Source: Lama glama
Taxonomy: Eukaryota
Assembly: GCA_028534125.1 (NCBI GenBank)
Contig: CM052816.1
Location: 88,600,001-88,664,000 of the forward strand
Direction: 5' to 3'
Length of the DNA: 64,000 bases
Shown: positions 41,901 through 54,387 of the stretch, in pieces
Layout: every line of letters starts with the position of its first letter
How positions within the stretch are numbered: the stretch's first letter is position 1
Program-made: the position numbers and the translations under genes
Notes under the pieces: model-generated
The model's input: the letters and a program-made list of their open reading frames with translations, nothing else
Databases searched by the model: none
What the model was told of the DNA's origin: nothing

Positions 41901-42299
41901 TGACTGACTTGAAGTAAAGGCTACTTAGAATTTTTTTGTAAGATTTCCCTCATGGCAGAGCTTAATGAATTAAAAGGCATTTAGGACAGTTCTTCAGAAA
42001 TGGGTAGTGAATAGTAAATTCTTAATCTAGGAGAAATCTCATTATGTTACTTTTTTCAGAATTATTAATCAAAGGTCTTATAAGGAAAATGGAAAGTATT
42101 ATAGTCATATATAAGTTGTATGTAAGAGTTGTATGGAAAGATTTAAGTGGGAAGGGATAGAGAAAAAGAGTCAGGTTGACATATTAAATAAATGTATGTA
42201 TGTGTTGTGGGTGGTTTTCACTTATATGTCAAATCTTCAGAGATCCCCAGATGGTCCATCTTCTCTAGTTTTTTTATTAATCTTATTTTTCTTCACTGC

Positions 42300-42485
42300 A
42301 CTTTTCATTATCTGAAAAATATATTATCTTTTTTTAATTTATTTGTTCATTGATTATCTCACTCTTCCAATGAGTATTCAAAGACATTAGAAAGTTAGAT
42401 TTATTTATTGTTCTATCTTCAGCACCTATAATAATGAATGGTAGGTATAAAGCACTCAATCAACATTTATTGAATGAATGAGCAA
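42300..42485 (+). mobile_element. L2 3' end
   Basis: Ends 'gcactcaatcaacatttattgaatgaatgag'. Confidence 0.7.
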
Positions 42486-42972
42486 ACTGAAGTAGGGACA
42501 AACATGAATAGAACTTGTACATTTTCATTTGTTTTGGGAGTTGCAGAAGTCAAATAACTTCTTGGCATTTAACACAGCTATGGATAAGCATGGAAATGAA
42601 AGAAAATTAATGTCTCAAAGCTTAAGTAGAAGCTTAATTAAATATATGTATTCAAGAAGATTGAGAACACAGATAACATCTCTATTTAAAGGAACTTTAG
42701 TGATGAAAACCAACAATGACTTCACAACAATTTGAGTGAAAAGATCACAGGAACAGAGGACTAGTAGCCATAAATTTCAACTTTAAAAAATGTCAATTCT
42801 TGACCAAATAAGCCTACTGTGTTGGCATTTCTTAAGTAGTCTGTTCCTTATTCACAGTGCTGCCTGTAAGTGCTCTACAAGCTAGTTGTAAGTTGGTCCA
42901 TAGATGCCAAAGTTTGACATAGACTAGACTAATCAGAGTAAGGGGTTAGTGGTGATGGAAGAAATTTTCACA

Positions 42973-43453
42973 TATTGAGATATGGAGAAGCCATTTTGGC
43001 TTATACATGATTTGGCATGAATTTACGCTAACTAGAACAGCCTGTCTCACGGCCTATCAAACACACATTGTATATTTGCCCTAACTACTAAAGAAAAGTG
43101 TACATTGTTCAGAAATAAAGTATGTATACTTTGAAGATAGATATAAACACCTCCATTTATGGGATGCCAATGTTAGTACTTCATCAGTGATAAGGCTCCC
43201 TTCCCAGGTGCCAAGACCATATGCCAACTTGTCTTTTTTGTTTGTTTTTTGAAAACTTGAAGAAATGTACCATTGTCTTTCTGATGTTCTTTGTTCTAAC
43301 AAGACATAAAAATGTGCTAAAAACCATACTTCTCCAGAGCAATTTCTCAGAGCCTTCTGAGAGGTTGTTTCCCAGACTGTAGTCCTCAGTTTGGCTTAAA
43401 TAAAACTCTGCTCTATTTTACTAAAAAGTTTTTATTGATTATTTCAATCAATA
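42973..43453 (+). mobile_element. 5' LTR of a decayed ERV1 (MER4-group-like) provirus
   Basis: Terminal inverted repeat tattga...tcaata, AATAAA at 43399, followed by a PBS-like sequence. Confidence 0.75.
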
Positions 43454-43458
43454 TTGCT

Positions 43459-43476
43459 TGGAGTAGTCATCAGTAT
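43459..43476 (+). promoter_or_regulatory. Degenerate primer-binding site, tRNA-Ser type
   Basis: tggagtagtcatcagtat matches TGGCGTAGTCGGCAGGAT at 14/18 positions, 5 nt after the LTR end. Confidence 0.65.
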
Positions 43477-43772
43477 GTCAAAGAAACCCATGTGAGGTCA
43501 CCTGGAATCTACTTTGGACCAGCACCCTGTATAAGTCCCTTGAGCTTCACAGCATACTTCAGGTGCTTTGGTAAGTTCTTTCGGATATCTGGACCTCATT
43601 ATCTTAAGTAGATGGCCTGTGACTTTTATTTGAGCTGTTATCTTAAGACTTAAGACTCTTAAGGGGGTACTGTTCCTTTCTTGGATAAAAGAGATCTAGG
43701 GGGAACTACCTTGGCAGAGACCTAGGGAGGACTTTCTTGGCAGGGACCCGGGGGGAATTTCTAGGCAGGAAA

Positions 43773-44209
43773 TGAGACAGGAGGGAAGAGGGCAGGACAC
43801 AACCATTGAAGGAATGACACTGCAACTGAGGACAGGACAAACTGACTACAACCAAGATGGCAGAAAATTTGACTTCTAGTAGATCTTGAGCCTCATGGCA
43901 CACCCACAGGTGCCATGACATTTCCTAGGCTGACCATAAAAGGCCAAAAAGTGGGCAGGGGCCCAATTCCTGGAAATCCCTGCCCCTTCCCCAAAGTAGT
44001 TGGAATAATCCTCCTACTCATTAGCTTATAAAATTACAAAGCTCATAAAACCTGACAGCTCCATACCTCATGGTCACTCTCTTGCCTTTTGAGACAGCCC
44101 ACACTCTTGTCTATGGAGTGTGTGTCTCTAAATAAACTTGCTTTCACTTTACTATGCCATGCTCTTGAATTCTTTCCTGTTTGAAGCAAGAATCTATTTT
44201 CTGACAACA
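43773..44209 (+). mobile_element. MER41-like solo LTR nested in the provirus
   Basis: TG...CA ends, 4-bp TSD GAAA (43769-72, 44210-13), 'caagatggc', 'aataaacttgctttcactttact', 'ctcttgaattctttcctg'. Confidence 0.85.
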
Positions 44210-45802
44210 GAAAGACCTAAAAAGAACTTTGGAATGAAATGGGTTGGCTCACCCTTTAAAATCTGACTTAAAATTGGAAAGATATATATATTTACAGTCT
44301 GAACAAACTCTTTGATAGCAAAATGAGAAGATTAATCTATTCAGCTCCTAAGAGAAGGGACACTGGCTCCTTTTAGCTGCAAGGCATTCTCAGGTGACTG
44401 GGAAACTAGCAGAAGTGTTGGAGGACTGAACGTCATGATGTTTAGTGGTCCCACAGGGAACCCCACCATGACACTTCAAGTAATTTATGGCATGCCCAGG
44501 ACACTCATGCACAAGAATTGGTCATCCATCGCCCTGAGTCCCCACGGTGGTTTTAGACTACTGAGGAGAAACCAAGACACAAAAGAGCTGAACTGTGTAA
44601 AGGGTGATGCCTTGAGGAGCTAAGTTTACAATGAGCACACATCTGACCCACTGCACAGTCCTTAGAAATTGTTCAGACTTTAAAATAAAGTGATACTAAA
44701 AGAAAATGGGAAACTGTGCTTCCAAAGCTCCTGGACGGCAAGGTACCCACTAAAACAATAGCTGGCTTCACGTACCACATAGAGATGATAACTGCAAGTA
44801 CAAAATAGATACATTTAACAAAAGATGACTCTTAAATGGCCAAGATGGGGCTCTTTTGACATTCCAAAACTGGTTTTTGCATTTACAGCTAGGGGGAAGG
44901 AAAAAAGCTAGCTTGATGAAACATCTTTTCAAAATTCTGACCCTAAGGGAACAAAAGTACTCCTAGGAGAAAGCTTAAAGTTATAGCTCCTGTCATATCC
45001 TTGAAAAGTAAACAAAGACCACATTGCCTGAGACCACAGCCTTTTGTTCAATCATTAGAACTCAAAACTGTGGGGAAAAAAAAGGAGGGGTGCAGGGGAT
45101 AGGCATTTTTAAACTCAAACAAGTAAATTTAATTTATTCCAACTTTTATTTAGAAACTAGTGAGTTTCTATTGTAATACCTGGTTCATGAACTAAGTTTT
45201 AAAATGAAGCTATCAGATCTTTGGTTGTCTATGTTTATATGTCTATGTGTACATTAGAGATATGATTTGTCTCGACCTTCAGATGGTATTATCAAAACTA
45301 GTTTGTAAAAGAGCTCTATTTAACGGGCTTAATATAAGTGCTTAAAAATTAAGTATTTCTAAATGTAACAGAAACCAATCTAAATTTTTTAAAGGTCGGG
45401 TGATCTAGGATTAATCTTTAATGAGTGAAATATGTTTACATTTATTGATTTAATTAAATAGGTCTATCTTTAGAGTTGACAGCATTAAGTATAAAACTTT
45501 TACTGTACCTAAGTTTACTAAAATCAAATAAGTTCACATTATCTCTGTTACAAATTTGTTAGCAAGAAAAATAATTTGGTTCAATGATATTTTAAGTAAA
45601 TTAAATGTAAATGTGATAAATGTTTTCAGTGAACTCTTTAAACATAATTATGCTTTATGGTACATCTACTTCAATTAGCTTCTCCAAACCTTCCTGACAT
45701 TTGAAATTTGATTTTGCTATATTAAGTTAAATGATGGGAATTCCATGAATATCGAGATCATTTCCAAATAAAACAAAATACTGAATCATTAATTGCTAAG
45801 TC

Positions 45803-46362
45803 TGTTGGGCAGTCAGTTAGAAATGAGCACCAGGCAGGAGGAGAGGAAGGGGAAAGGAGTAACCTAGAAAATAACAGTACACCTGCGCTCAGGATAAGGG
45901 GCTCCAAAAACTTACTTTCTCTGAAAGCCAACCAAGAAGCCAGCTAGAATCGAATGCTGTGGCTGCACATTAGAGAGAAGGACTTGGATTAACTTGACCC
46001 AATGCTCATTATAATGTAATTAACATTGTGATTTGAGCCCCGCCCATAGGTTTCTGTGTGCATCATGGGTAAGAACCTGCACAAAAGAGATGGGCATGCC
46101 TGAATACAAGGAACTGAGCCATCAATCAGTCACAAAAATGCCCCTATGCCAGGATATAAGAAAGGAGAAACAAAGGAGTGGGGCCATTTTTCTCTCTTGG
46201 ATTGGCCCATTCCCAGTTCTCAGGAGTGTATTATATTTTACTAACTTTTTAACTTTACTAACAAAATCTTGTTTATACCATGCTTTCTGTCTCTCATTAA
46301 AAATTCATTTTTGGGGGTGACTAAGAACCAAGGTAACTCTTATTCCCCTTTTCCTAGTAACA
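45803..46362 (+). mobile_element. ERV1 solo LTR nested in the provirus
   Basis: tgtt...aaca ends, 4-bp TSD AGTC (45799-802, 46363-66), TATA-like 'gatataag'. Confidence 0.88.
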
Positions 46363-46452
46363 AGTCTAAGTTTGTACACTTTGTCTTATTAGAGAAAAAA
46401 ACTAAAGATGTTTGGTTTTATGGGACACCTGAGGAAAGAAATTATATTGTTA

Positions 46453-46984
46453 TGTTAGGTAGTTAGGTAAGTAGGGGCACCAGGCAGAGAAGGTGCAGGA
46501 GAGGGAAGATGGCAGTATGCCCCCCTTCAGCATAAAGGGACTTCACTTCCTCTAAATGAGCACAGAAACTGGTTAAAACAGGACAACCATGACTGCGTGG
46601 TGGCAGAGAGGACTTAAGCCAGACAGAATCTAATTTTCGTTGTATTAAAATTAACATTGCAGTTCAGCCCCCTCCATGGGTTTTGCCATGTACACTATGG
46701 GTAAGGACATGCACAAAGGGGCCTAAGCATTGACTAAGCATTCCAGGGACAAGAGACATCAATTAATCAAGAGACTACCTATAAGCGAGGGTATAAGAGA
46801 AAGGGGAGAAAAAAATGATGCCTTTCCTTCCGTGGAACAACCGCCTCCAGTTCTTGGAGATATACTTTTCCTTTCTTTTTAAATAATCTTTTAAAATTTT
46901 TCACTACACAGTGCACCATCTCTCAGCTGCAAACTTGTCTTTCCAGTATGACAAGAACCAGGGTCTTCACCTTTTGGGGTAATA
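46453..46984 (+). mobile_element. ERV1 solo LTR related to the 45803-46362 LTR
   Basis: Shared blocks (gcaccaggcag; aattaacattg; atgggtaag-a-c-tgcacaaa; aagaacca); TSD not clear. Confidence 0.78.
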
Positions 46985-47425
46985 GAAAAATGTATGTGTA
47001 TAGAGGTTATGGAATATACTCATAAGTTTGTCAGTTAAGAAATGCGATATGACAGTTCACAATTGCTTGCTTGGTTTTCACTAGGGATTGGGGTTTCAAC
47101 AGTTTAAAAATTCTGATTAATATATGTGATTGTAGCTACTAAAGATTATAAGGGAAACATTTCCATGCAAGGAAAGTAGGGTGTCTATTTTCCATAAAAG
47201 ATGGTAAGAAATGGAAATTTTTTTTGTTGAGGCGAAAATCAAGTGGTTTTTGTCCCAAAGCCGGTTATTTTTAAATGGGAAAAAAAAAGTGACAAATTAA
47301 TATGGATATAGAAAATTGTAGAAAGTTTGTGGAAAAGAAACTCTGAGAAGAGTTTTGACATGGTCAGGACTAATACTGAAATGAATTTAATTAAGTGAAT
47401 TTTGATATTAAAAGTAAGCTGGTGC

Positions 47426-47530
47426 GGTGTGGGTATAGCTCAGTGGTAGAGTGCATGCTTAGCATACACCAGATCCTGTGTTCAATCCCCAGTACTTCCA
47501 CTGGGGGAAAAAGTGAACACACACAAACAC
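47426..47530 (+). mobile_element. tRNA-Ala-derived SINE (Vic-1-type, camelid)
   Basis: gggtatagctcagtggtagagtgcatgcttagcat...gttcaatccccagtac (A and B boxes); perfect 17-bp TSD taaaagtaagctggtgc (47409-47425, 47531-47547). Confidence 0.88.
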
Positions 47531-47949
47531 TAAAAGTAAGCTGGTGCAAAACTAGAATTAGATTTTCTGTTAGGTGACAAAGTTTTCTCGAAATGTTGAC
47601 CTGCTTTTGATAACAGATTGTAAAGTTTCCTCAAATCAAATTCAAAATGAAGTTCTTTTGACCTCAAATAACTTTGGGGGTACTCCAGAGGGCATCTAAA
47701 ACATTTCAAAGATAGAAATTAAACTTAGTTGGACTTATTTGGTATGTTAATTACATAGAAAGCATTGTCAAATGAATGGTGCTAAACCTTCTTAGGTTAT
47801 TTTGTGTGGGTAAATGATATTAATATAAATGTTGTGGAGATTATATGAAGTTGTTAAATTTGGGATATATTCTGGTATAATGTTACTAGTCATAATTTTA
47901 GCTATTATTTTAAAATTGTTCTATGTCAAAAAAATAAACTTAACCCTGC

Positions 47950-48450
47950 AACTTTTGCTTCTGGTGCTACAGGAAGAAAATGACCACAGCTACATTTTAC
48001 TAACAGAAATTTCTATTGATAATGCTGGTCTAATTTGGTTTACAGATGGGTCCTACTTAAAGAATGATTGGGGGCATTATCAAGATGGATATGCAGTAAC
48101 ATCCACAATGGACATAACTGAAAGCTCTTTTTCATCAAAAATAAAGCACAATAAGCTGAATTAATTGCTTTTCCTCAAGCTCATCAACCAGCTAAAGATC
48201 AGACAGTAAATATTGATACTGACAGTCATTATGCCGTTGGAGTGGCACATGACTTTGGAATGCAGTGGAAACTACAAGAGGTTTAACCTTCTCAGGACAG
48301 CTTATTAAAAAAATAGAAAACATGTTGCAGAGTTATTAAATGGTATACTACTACCAAAAGCTGGCAATTATTAAAGTATCAGGGCATTCCAAATCTGGAT
48401 GGAAGCTAAAGGGAATCCTCTTATTGATGCTTCAGCCAAACAGGCAGCTT
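47950..48450 (+). pseudogene. Retroviral RNase H relic (frameshifted)
   Basis: WFTDGSY...GYAV, then AELIA...VNIDTDSHYAVGVAHDFG..WK, then AIIKVSGH...EAKGN..DASAKQAA in shifting frames. Confidence 0.88.
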
Positions 48451-48849
48451 TAAATACCCATCTGTCCAGCCTGGAGAATGGCCGCTGCTCTATGTTAACC
48501 CTGACAGCTCAGTGGAAGATTTCCATCTGCAGGATCAAGAAATCACCACTGTAAGAAGCTGAATAAATAGGGCAACAAGAAGAGGAGAGTTTGACCCTGT
48601 CACACAAATATAATTCAGAAATTGTTTAAAAAAAAAATTACGGTGCCTGTTGGAGCTCAAATGCCATTACTCCAGCATGCACATTCATTGGGCAGGATTA
48701 TGAAAGAGGGTGACATTAGTGGAGGAGAGAAGTAAGGGTTTCCTCACGAGTTTAGGTAGCCTAGATTTTAATTAATGAGAGAGAAATTTAAATAAGTAAG
48801 AAAGAGAAGAATGTCTCTTCAGGCCATAATAAAATAACAAAGAATAGAT

Positions 48850-49110
48850 TTAACTTCCGACTTTAATCCACAGGAAAACTGGGTAAAATAAAACTACCGA
48901 CTCCAAAATATTGACAGTGTGACACTGTAAGACTCTGCTCCCCAAGAGGAAAGAAATAAACATTAGTTCTACGTCACCCAAGCTTTCTGTCTGGAACAAT
49001 TTCAGAAGCAGAACAATGTGAGCAGAAACCTGTGGCTTCACTGAGTTGAGGAGGACAAGCTTACAATTCCAGAAGCTGAGGCAGTAGGAAATTATGGGGC
49101 AAAATTTGAA
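48850..49110 (+). mobile_element. Ancient L1 5' UTR fragment
   Basis: 'gactctgctccccaagaggaaagaaataaac...cccaagctttctgtctgga' resembles L1MD/ME 5' ends. Confidence 0.45.
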
Positions 49111-49176
49111 CAAATACTAGAGCTTGTTCTGGATCAAGTCTCTGGTTCCAGGCAGAGCCTGTGTTCTAACTACTCT

Positions 49177-49197
49177 GCTCTCTCTCTCTCTCTCTCT
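49177..49197. repeat. (CT)n microsatellite
   Basis: Directly visible. Confidence 0.9.
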
Positions 49198-52100
49198 AGA
49201 TTAGACCATATAAACCAATCTATCATTTGTCAGTTATTTCATCATAAAAAGTCACACTTACATCTCTCTGATCAGTTACTTGCTTCCCAAATCTAACCGC
49301 TCATTACATCTGAATGTTTACAATTATGCACATCTTCAAACAAGCCTGTATTGGGTCACAAGGTTTAATTTCTTATCAGGTTCACACTTTAACAATATCA
49401 AAGATTAAGTCTCCAGAAGCATCCAGCTGTACCCTGCCATTAATTTACTAAAAAAAAAAAAAAGACCACATGCAGAAGAAAGGAGATTTAAAAAAAAAAT
49501 TATGTACATCATAGACCCCATGGTTCATGAATTGAAGGATTCTCATTGAAGAGTTATTTATGTTTATCTTGGAAATGCTGCCAATAATAAACAATCTTAG
49601 AAGATAAGGAAGGATATGGTGACTTAGTAGTTATTAAGTGAGGATTAAAATCAATTTAGGATTTTAATTTCATGAGTTTCATTATGTATCTTGTAAACTT
49701 AGGGTATGAGATGTGGAGGAACAACATATATTTAAAAGCATGAACAGAATACAGTGTCTTTCATACAGAAACTGTGAATAATTTTTCTAACATTTTTTAT
49801 TCAAGTAGACAGGACAGAGAAGTTTCACTTCACAGATAATTTCCTCGTATTTCACTGAACTTAAAAATGAATTAGAACAGTTTACTCTGCTCCAGATTCA
49901 CCTTGAAGATCATTCAAAGTTTCACTTGTTATATAATGCAGGCACATGTTCATACGATTTAAGAAGAGTCAGTCGTTCAAATCCCTCCCTACTGTTCAAC
50001 TTGGCTAGTCTGCACTGATTTTCACTGTCGACACTAAGGAGCAATGGACAAACCTGAATCACAGACAGAACATAAGACAGAGCCTGCCAAGAGGTGCTCC
50101 TGGAAACTGGACATTTGCGCCAGAAACGTGCTGAGAATTTTGTTCATTTGTATGACTCCTGTTACCTTTACCTTATAAGGGGAGCCAGGCACAAAGCCAG
50201 TCTCTAGAATAGTGAGGCAGGGGTGGGTAGGGATAGAAAACAGTCATGACTAAGGGAAGGGGTATTTTCCTCGCCAGTAAAATCCTCACTCAGGCTGGAT
50301 GAGGTCACACACAGATGACAGTTCCAATAAGTAGCAATGAGAAACCAAGGAGTATATGTATGCCTTGAAATGTCCTTATTTATATAATGTTCTCAGTAAA
50401 TTTACACACCATTTTGTATAAAAGTGTGCTTGTTATCATTTGGGTATCACTTCATTTGTTCCATTTTGAAAAATACTAATTGTTTCTGTAAGGCAGCATA
50501 TGCAATTATGTTCTGCTATCAAAAATTGAATTTAATATGGTTTAGTTCATTTTTTATGTCTTATATGCACAATTTTATGCGGAATTTGTCACATAGAATA
50601 TTTATTCCAGATAAGTTAAGAACTTGTGTTCACGTTTACTAGATGTGAACATCTTGGCGGCAGAAAAAGATCTGCAATTGAATGGCTCTGGGAGGCTGCA
50701 AAATTTTAACGCCCTAAAATTATGATTGCATGCATTTAACTCCTTTACTTAAGTTCTTTCATGAAATTAGTTTTTACAAACTAAAGTAAGTTAAATTGTT
50801 ATTAACATATAAAAATAGTAAAGGCATTATCATTTTAAGAAATGCTCTGTTAAATTATGAAAAATCTGCTATTAAGTCAATCAACAAATTTAGTTTAAAA
50901 ACATGAAATATACATCACTAAAATTTTAACTATTTTAAGAATAATAGAATGAGTTTATAAATTTTTAAGAGAAAATGCAGCTGTATTTAACTGCTAATTT
51001 AATAGTCTTTTGGTCAATTTTAAAAGCCTATCATACAAAAATAGTATCAAATAATAACAAAAAGTGTATGAATTGCAGTTAGACTCATTTTGGGACTATC
51101 AGTGATAAAATGTAGCAGCTCTGTTAATTTTAGCAAATGACTTCAAATACTCATTGTATCCATCAATAAAATGGCTATGATATTAACTTATATTCAGAAC
51201 ATTGTCATAAAGAGAAAATAAATCAATACAAGTAAGATGATTAGCATGGAGACTAAACTACTAATAACACAATTATTCTGACTAGTAAAACTAAAACTAA
51301 AAACTAATTATACAAATAACATAATTATTAGTAATTTTTAAAAACTGCTAACATGTTTATAATTTATTATATGCCAGTCATTATTTTTAATGTTTTCTTA
51401 TATTAATTTATTTTGTTAATATTACCTATATTTCTCTTTTCATAATTTTCTGAAACTTAATGGCAAATTAGCAGTTTTGAAAATTAACATAAATTCAAGA
51501 AGGAAAATTCTTAAAATCCCACAGAAATAGAAGTGTCAATAAATAATTTTCTGTAAATAAAAGTTATGCAACTATGTTAAATTGTATCCTATTTCTAAAG
51601 ATAACACATCATGTCATTCTAAAAATAAGTTAATGTAAGTAACATTCATCTTGGGCCTGATAAATTCATTTTCCAAATTATCTTTTATTCTTACATATTA
51701 TAACACTTAAAAATAAAAGTTTATGAAAGATGCTGAATGTTCAGTCCGTAAAGCTATAAAAGTTAGATTACTTTCAAATTTTGTGAAATGTGACATTTAG
51801 ACTTTGATTTTTATACATATTTTATTTTCCCAGATGTTTTGCAACATTTTTTCTTGAAATCAACATCACATTTTTCTATAATAAACATGGTTTTATTATT
51901 TTAGAAAACAAAATAAAATCATAATAATAAAAATTAAAATTACCCAATGTAATTTTATTGTAATTATATTGCTCATTCCACAAGCCAGTGTAATACTGCC
52001 AGTGTGGTGGCATTATTCTTTCCAGTCTTTTTTTCTATATATCTTTATTTATATTTGTGTTTGTTTATGTTACATTTGCCCTACATTACATTAATTTGTT

Positions 52101-52289
52101 AATTAGAACTTTTTCACACAGAGTATTTGCTACAGATAAATTAAGAAATCTTGTCCATGTTTTCCAGATATCACTATTTTATGGCCGAAAGACCTGCAGA
52201 CTGAATGACTCTAGAGGAAAGATACAGGTTGTCTATCTTAATATCTAAATTATAATACTAATAAAAATAAGTTGATAATATCCAGCATA

Positions 52290-52530
52290 TAAAGGTGAAG
52301 GGCTCAGTTTCTGAAGCCAGACTGTTTATGTTTGAATTCTGAGTCTCCCATTTCCTAATGCATAACTTTAGACGAGTCACTGATAAGTCTCATTTCTTAT
52401 GGATATAAGCATTTCAAAAATTTGTCAGATTGACGTAAGAGTAAGTGAAATGATCTCCATGGAAACGGATGGCACATTTCCTGGCATAGAGTTAAATGTC
52501 CCATAAACATTTTCTATAATTTTTGTCACT
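52290..52530 (+). mobile_element. MIR SINE
   Basis: 'tctgaagccagactg...tttgaattctgagtctcccatt...gcacatttcctggcatagagt'. Confidence 0.65.
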
Positions 52531-53329
52531 ACTATTTACAGTCTAAACAGAATCAGGCTACTTTATTTTTCTCTTTTTATCATATGGAGGTAGACTTCAT
52601 ATAAGTGACACTTGGTCTAATTTGCATTAATCAACTCATGCAATTCTTTTCTGACCAGAGCAAGGGAATTCCTTACCTGCTATGCTGTCTTCTACTAGGA
52701 AGCTCCCCAGTGCCTGCTGCCCTGCTGGACCCCTCTTTCTAGAACTCTACAGAATAGCTCCAGATGGTCCCTGTGAGTTTCCACAACCTTGGACAGTGTT
52801 ACAGATTTGGGAGGCCTTCTTGTCTGTTTTAGATCACCTTTCAATTCATTCTGAGCCTCTATTGATATGCCTGTCTTTCTCCTTTCCTAGTAGATCTTCA
52901 GACTCAGTGGTGTTTCAAGTAACTCAAGCTTAGTTCTCTTCATTGCAGCCTGAAAGAGGCTAAAATGTACTACAAACATGGATATGCCAAATGCCCTTCA
53001 TCTCTTCCTTATTGTCAGTGCATTCATGAATGTCCAATTTTTCATTAATATGATAGATCTGCTGTAACTATAATCAGTAAAAGCCTATTTCAAAACAGAT
53101 TCCTTGGAGTGAAATAAATGTAAAGCTCTACAATGTAAAACTGAGTTCCAAAAATCTGTTGTGATAATGTGTAGACACACAGCAGCAGTGCATGATAAAA
53201 TCTCAGGATTCTCTCAAAGGCAAGAAGTATTACCCTTTTTTCATGTCATTACAATGGGAAACATCACATGCATTGTATTTCATTTATTGTATTTTTTTCT
53301 CTTCTCAGAATTAAAAAGTATATGCACTT

Positions 53330-54190
53330 ATACTTAAAATAATGATAAGAAAAATAATCAAATATTTATTAGTCTGATTATACCATGAATAAATAAAGTC
53401 AGCATTTGGGTATATAACTTTCCAGATATTATTTACATATATAGGCAGTTTTTGTTATTTTTTTAACTATATTGCTATAGTATTACGAACAATTTTAAAT
53501 AACATGAATTTTTCTACTTAATATTATGATGTATTTTTCCATGCCAATGTTCTTTAATTGGATTAGTTAATAAGAATGTAATATTTCATTTATTTTTATA
53601 ATAATTTTATACTGTTCTTATTAAGCATTTAGGGGGTTTTCAACTTACTGTTTAGACGTCACTATGATAGGTATTCTTGATGTAATTCTGTTCATGCTGG
53701 AATGTACTCTAAGAAAAAAAATCAAAATATAACCAAAAAGTTTAGTAGAAATTCATATATATATAAAGGGATACAAACTAATCTCAGAAAAGAAAATAAT
53801 TGCACCAATTCAATCTCCTAAAACAGTCTGAACATGCAGTTTTCATTTCCACAACAACAGTGTCATACTGACTCATTCTTATAGTTTTCAGCTTTTATTA
53901 AAAATATGTGTTTTATGCTGGTTGGATATTTCAGCATTTAATTAGTGAGGTAGAATTTTAAAAACATTTGATAACAATCTAATCTCTTCAGTTCATTTTT
54001 TATTGCTACAATTTGTTGTCTGTTGTTCTACTTTCATCCATCCCACCCTCCACTGGAGTAAAACAGACTTTTAATTTGGCTGCATTCCTTAGTTGTTAAG
54101 AACAGTAACCTTTCTTCTATCATCTTTGTTGCATATAGTCACAGTTTACAATTTTCCATTTGTTTTTGTAATTGACATATTTAAAAAACT
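53330..54190 (-). mobile_element. Ancient L1 (L1ME-like) 3' region, antisense
   Basis: Decayed antisense L1 phrases ('ggtttttcaactt', 'ttgcaccaatt', 'attagtgaggt'). Confidence 0.5.
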
Positions 54191-54387
54191 TGAGGTAGTC
54201 AAATCTAGTTTTATATATGTATATATATGGATGGATAAAATATATAATTATGTATATGCACATATTATATATATATAAAGATATATTTCACTATATGTAT
54301 ATGTGAATTATTTTATGTAGCAAGTTCATACATATTCAACTGTTAGTTAAATATTTGCTGCATATTTTTCTATTAAAAGTTTACTGA

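Larger units (their letters stand above)
43454..48690 (+). mobile_element. ERV1 internal region (gag relic, AT-rich filler, RNase H relic) interrupted by nested insertions; no 3' LTR seen
   Basis: gag-like start MGNCASK at 44706 and WPRWGSFDIPKL near 44837; RNase H motifs at 48.0-48.45 kb. Confidence 0.8.

Noticed and set aside
47426..47500. Functional tRNA-Ala gene
   Set aside because: Flanked by a 17-bp TSD with degenerate stems; it is a retroposed SINE
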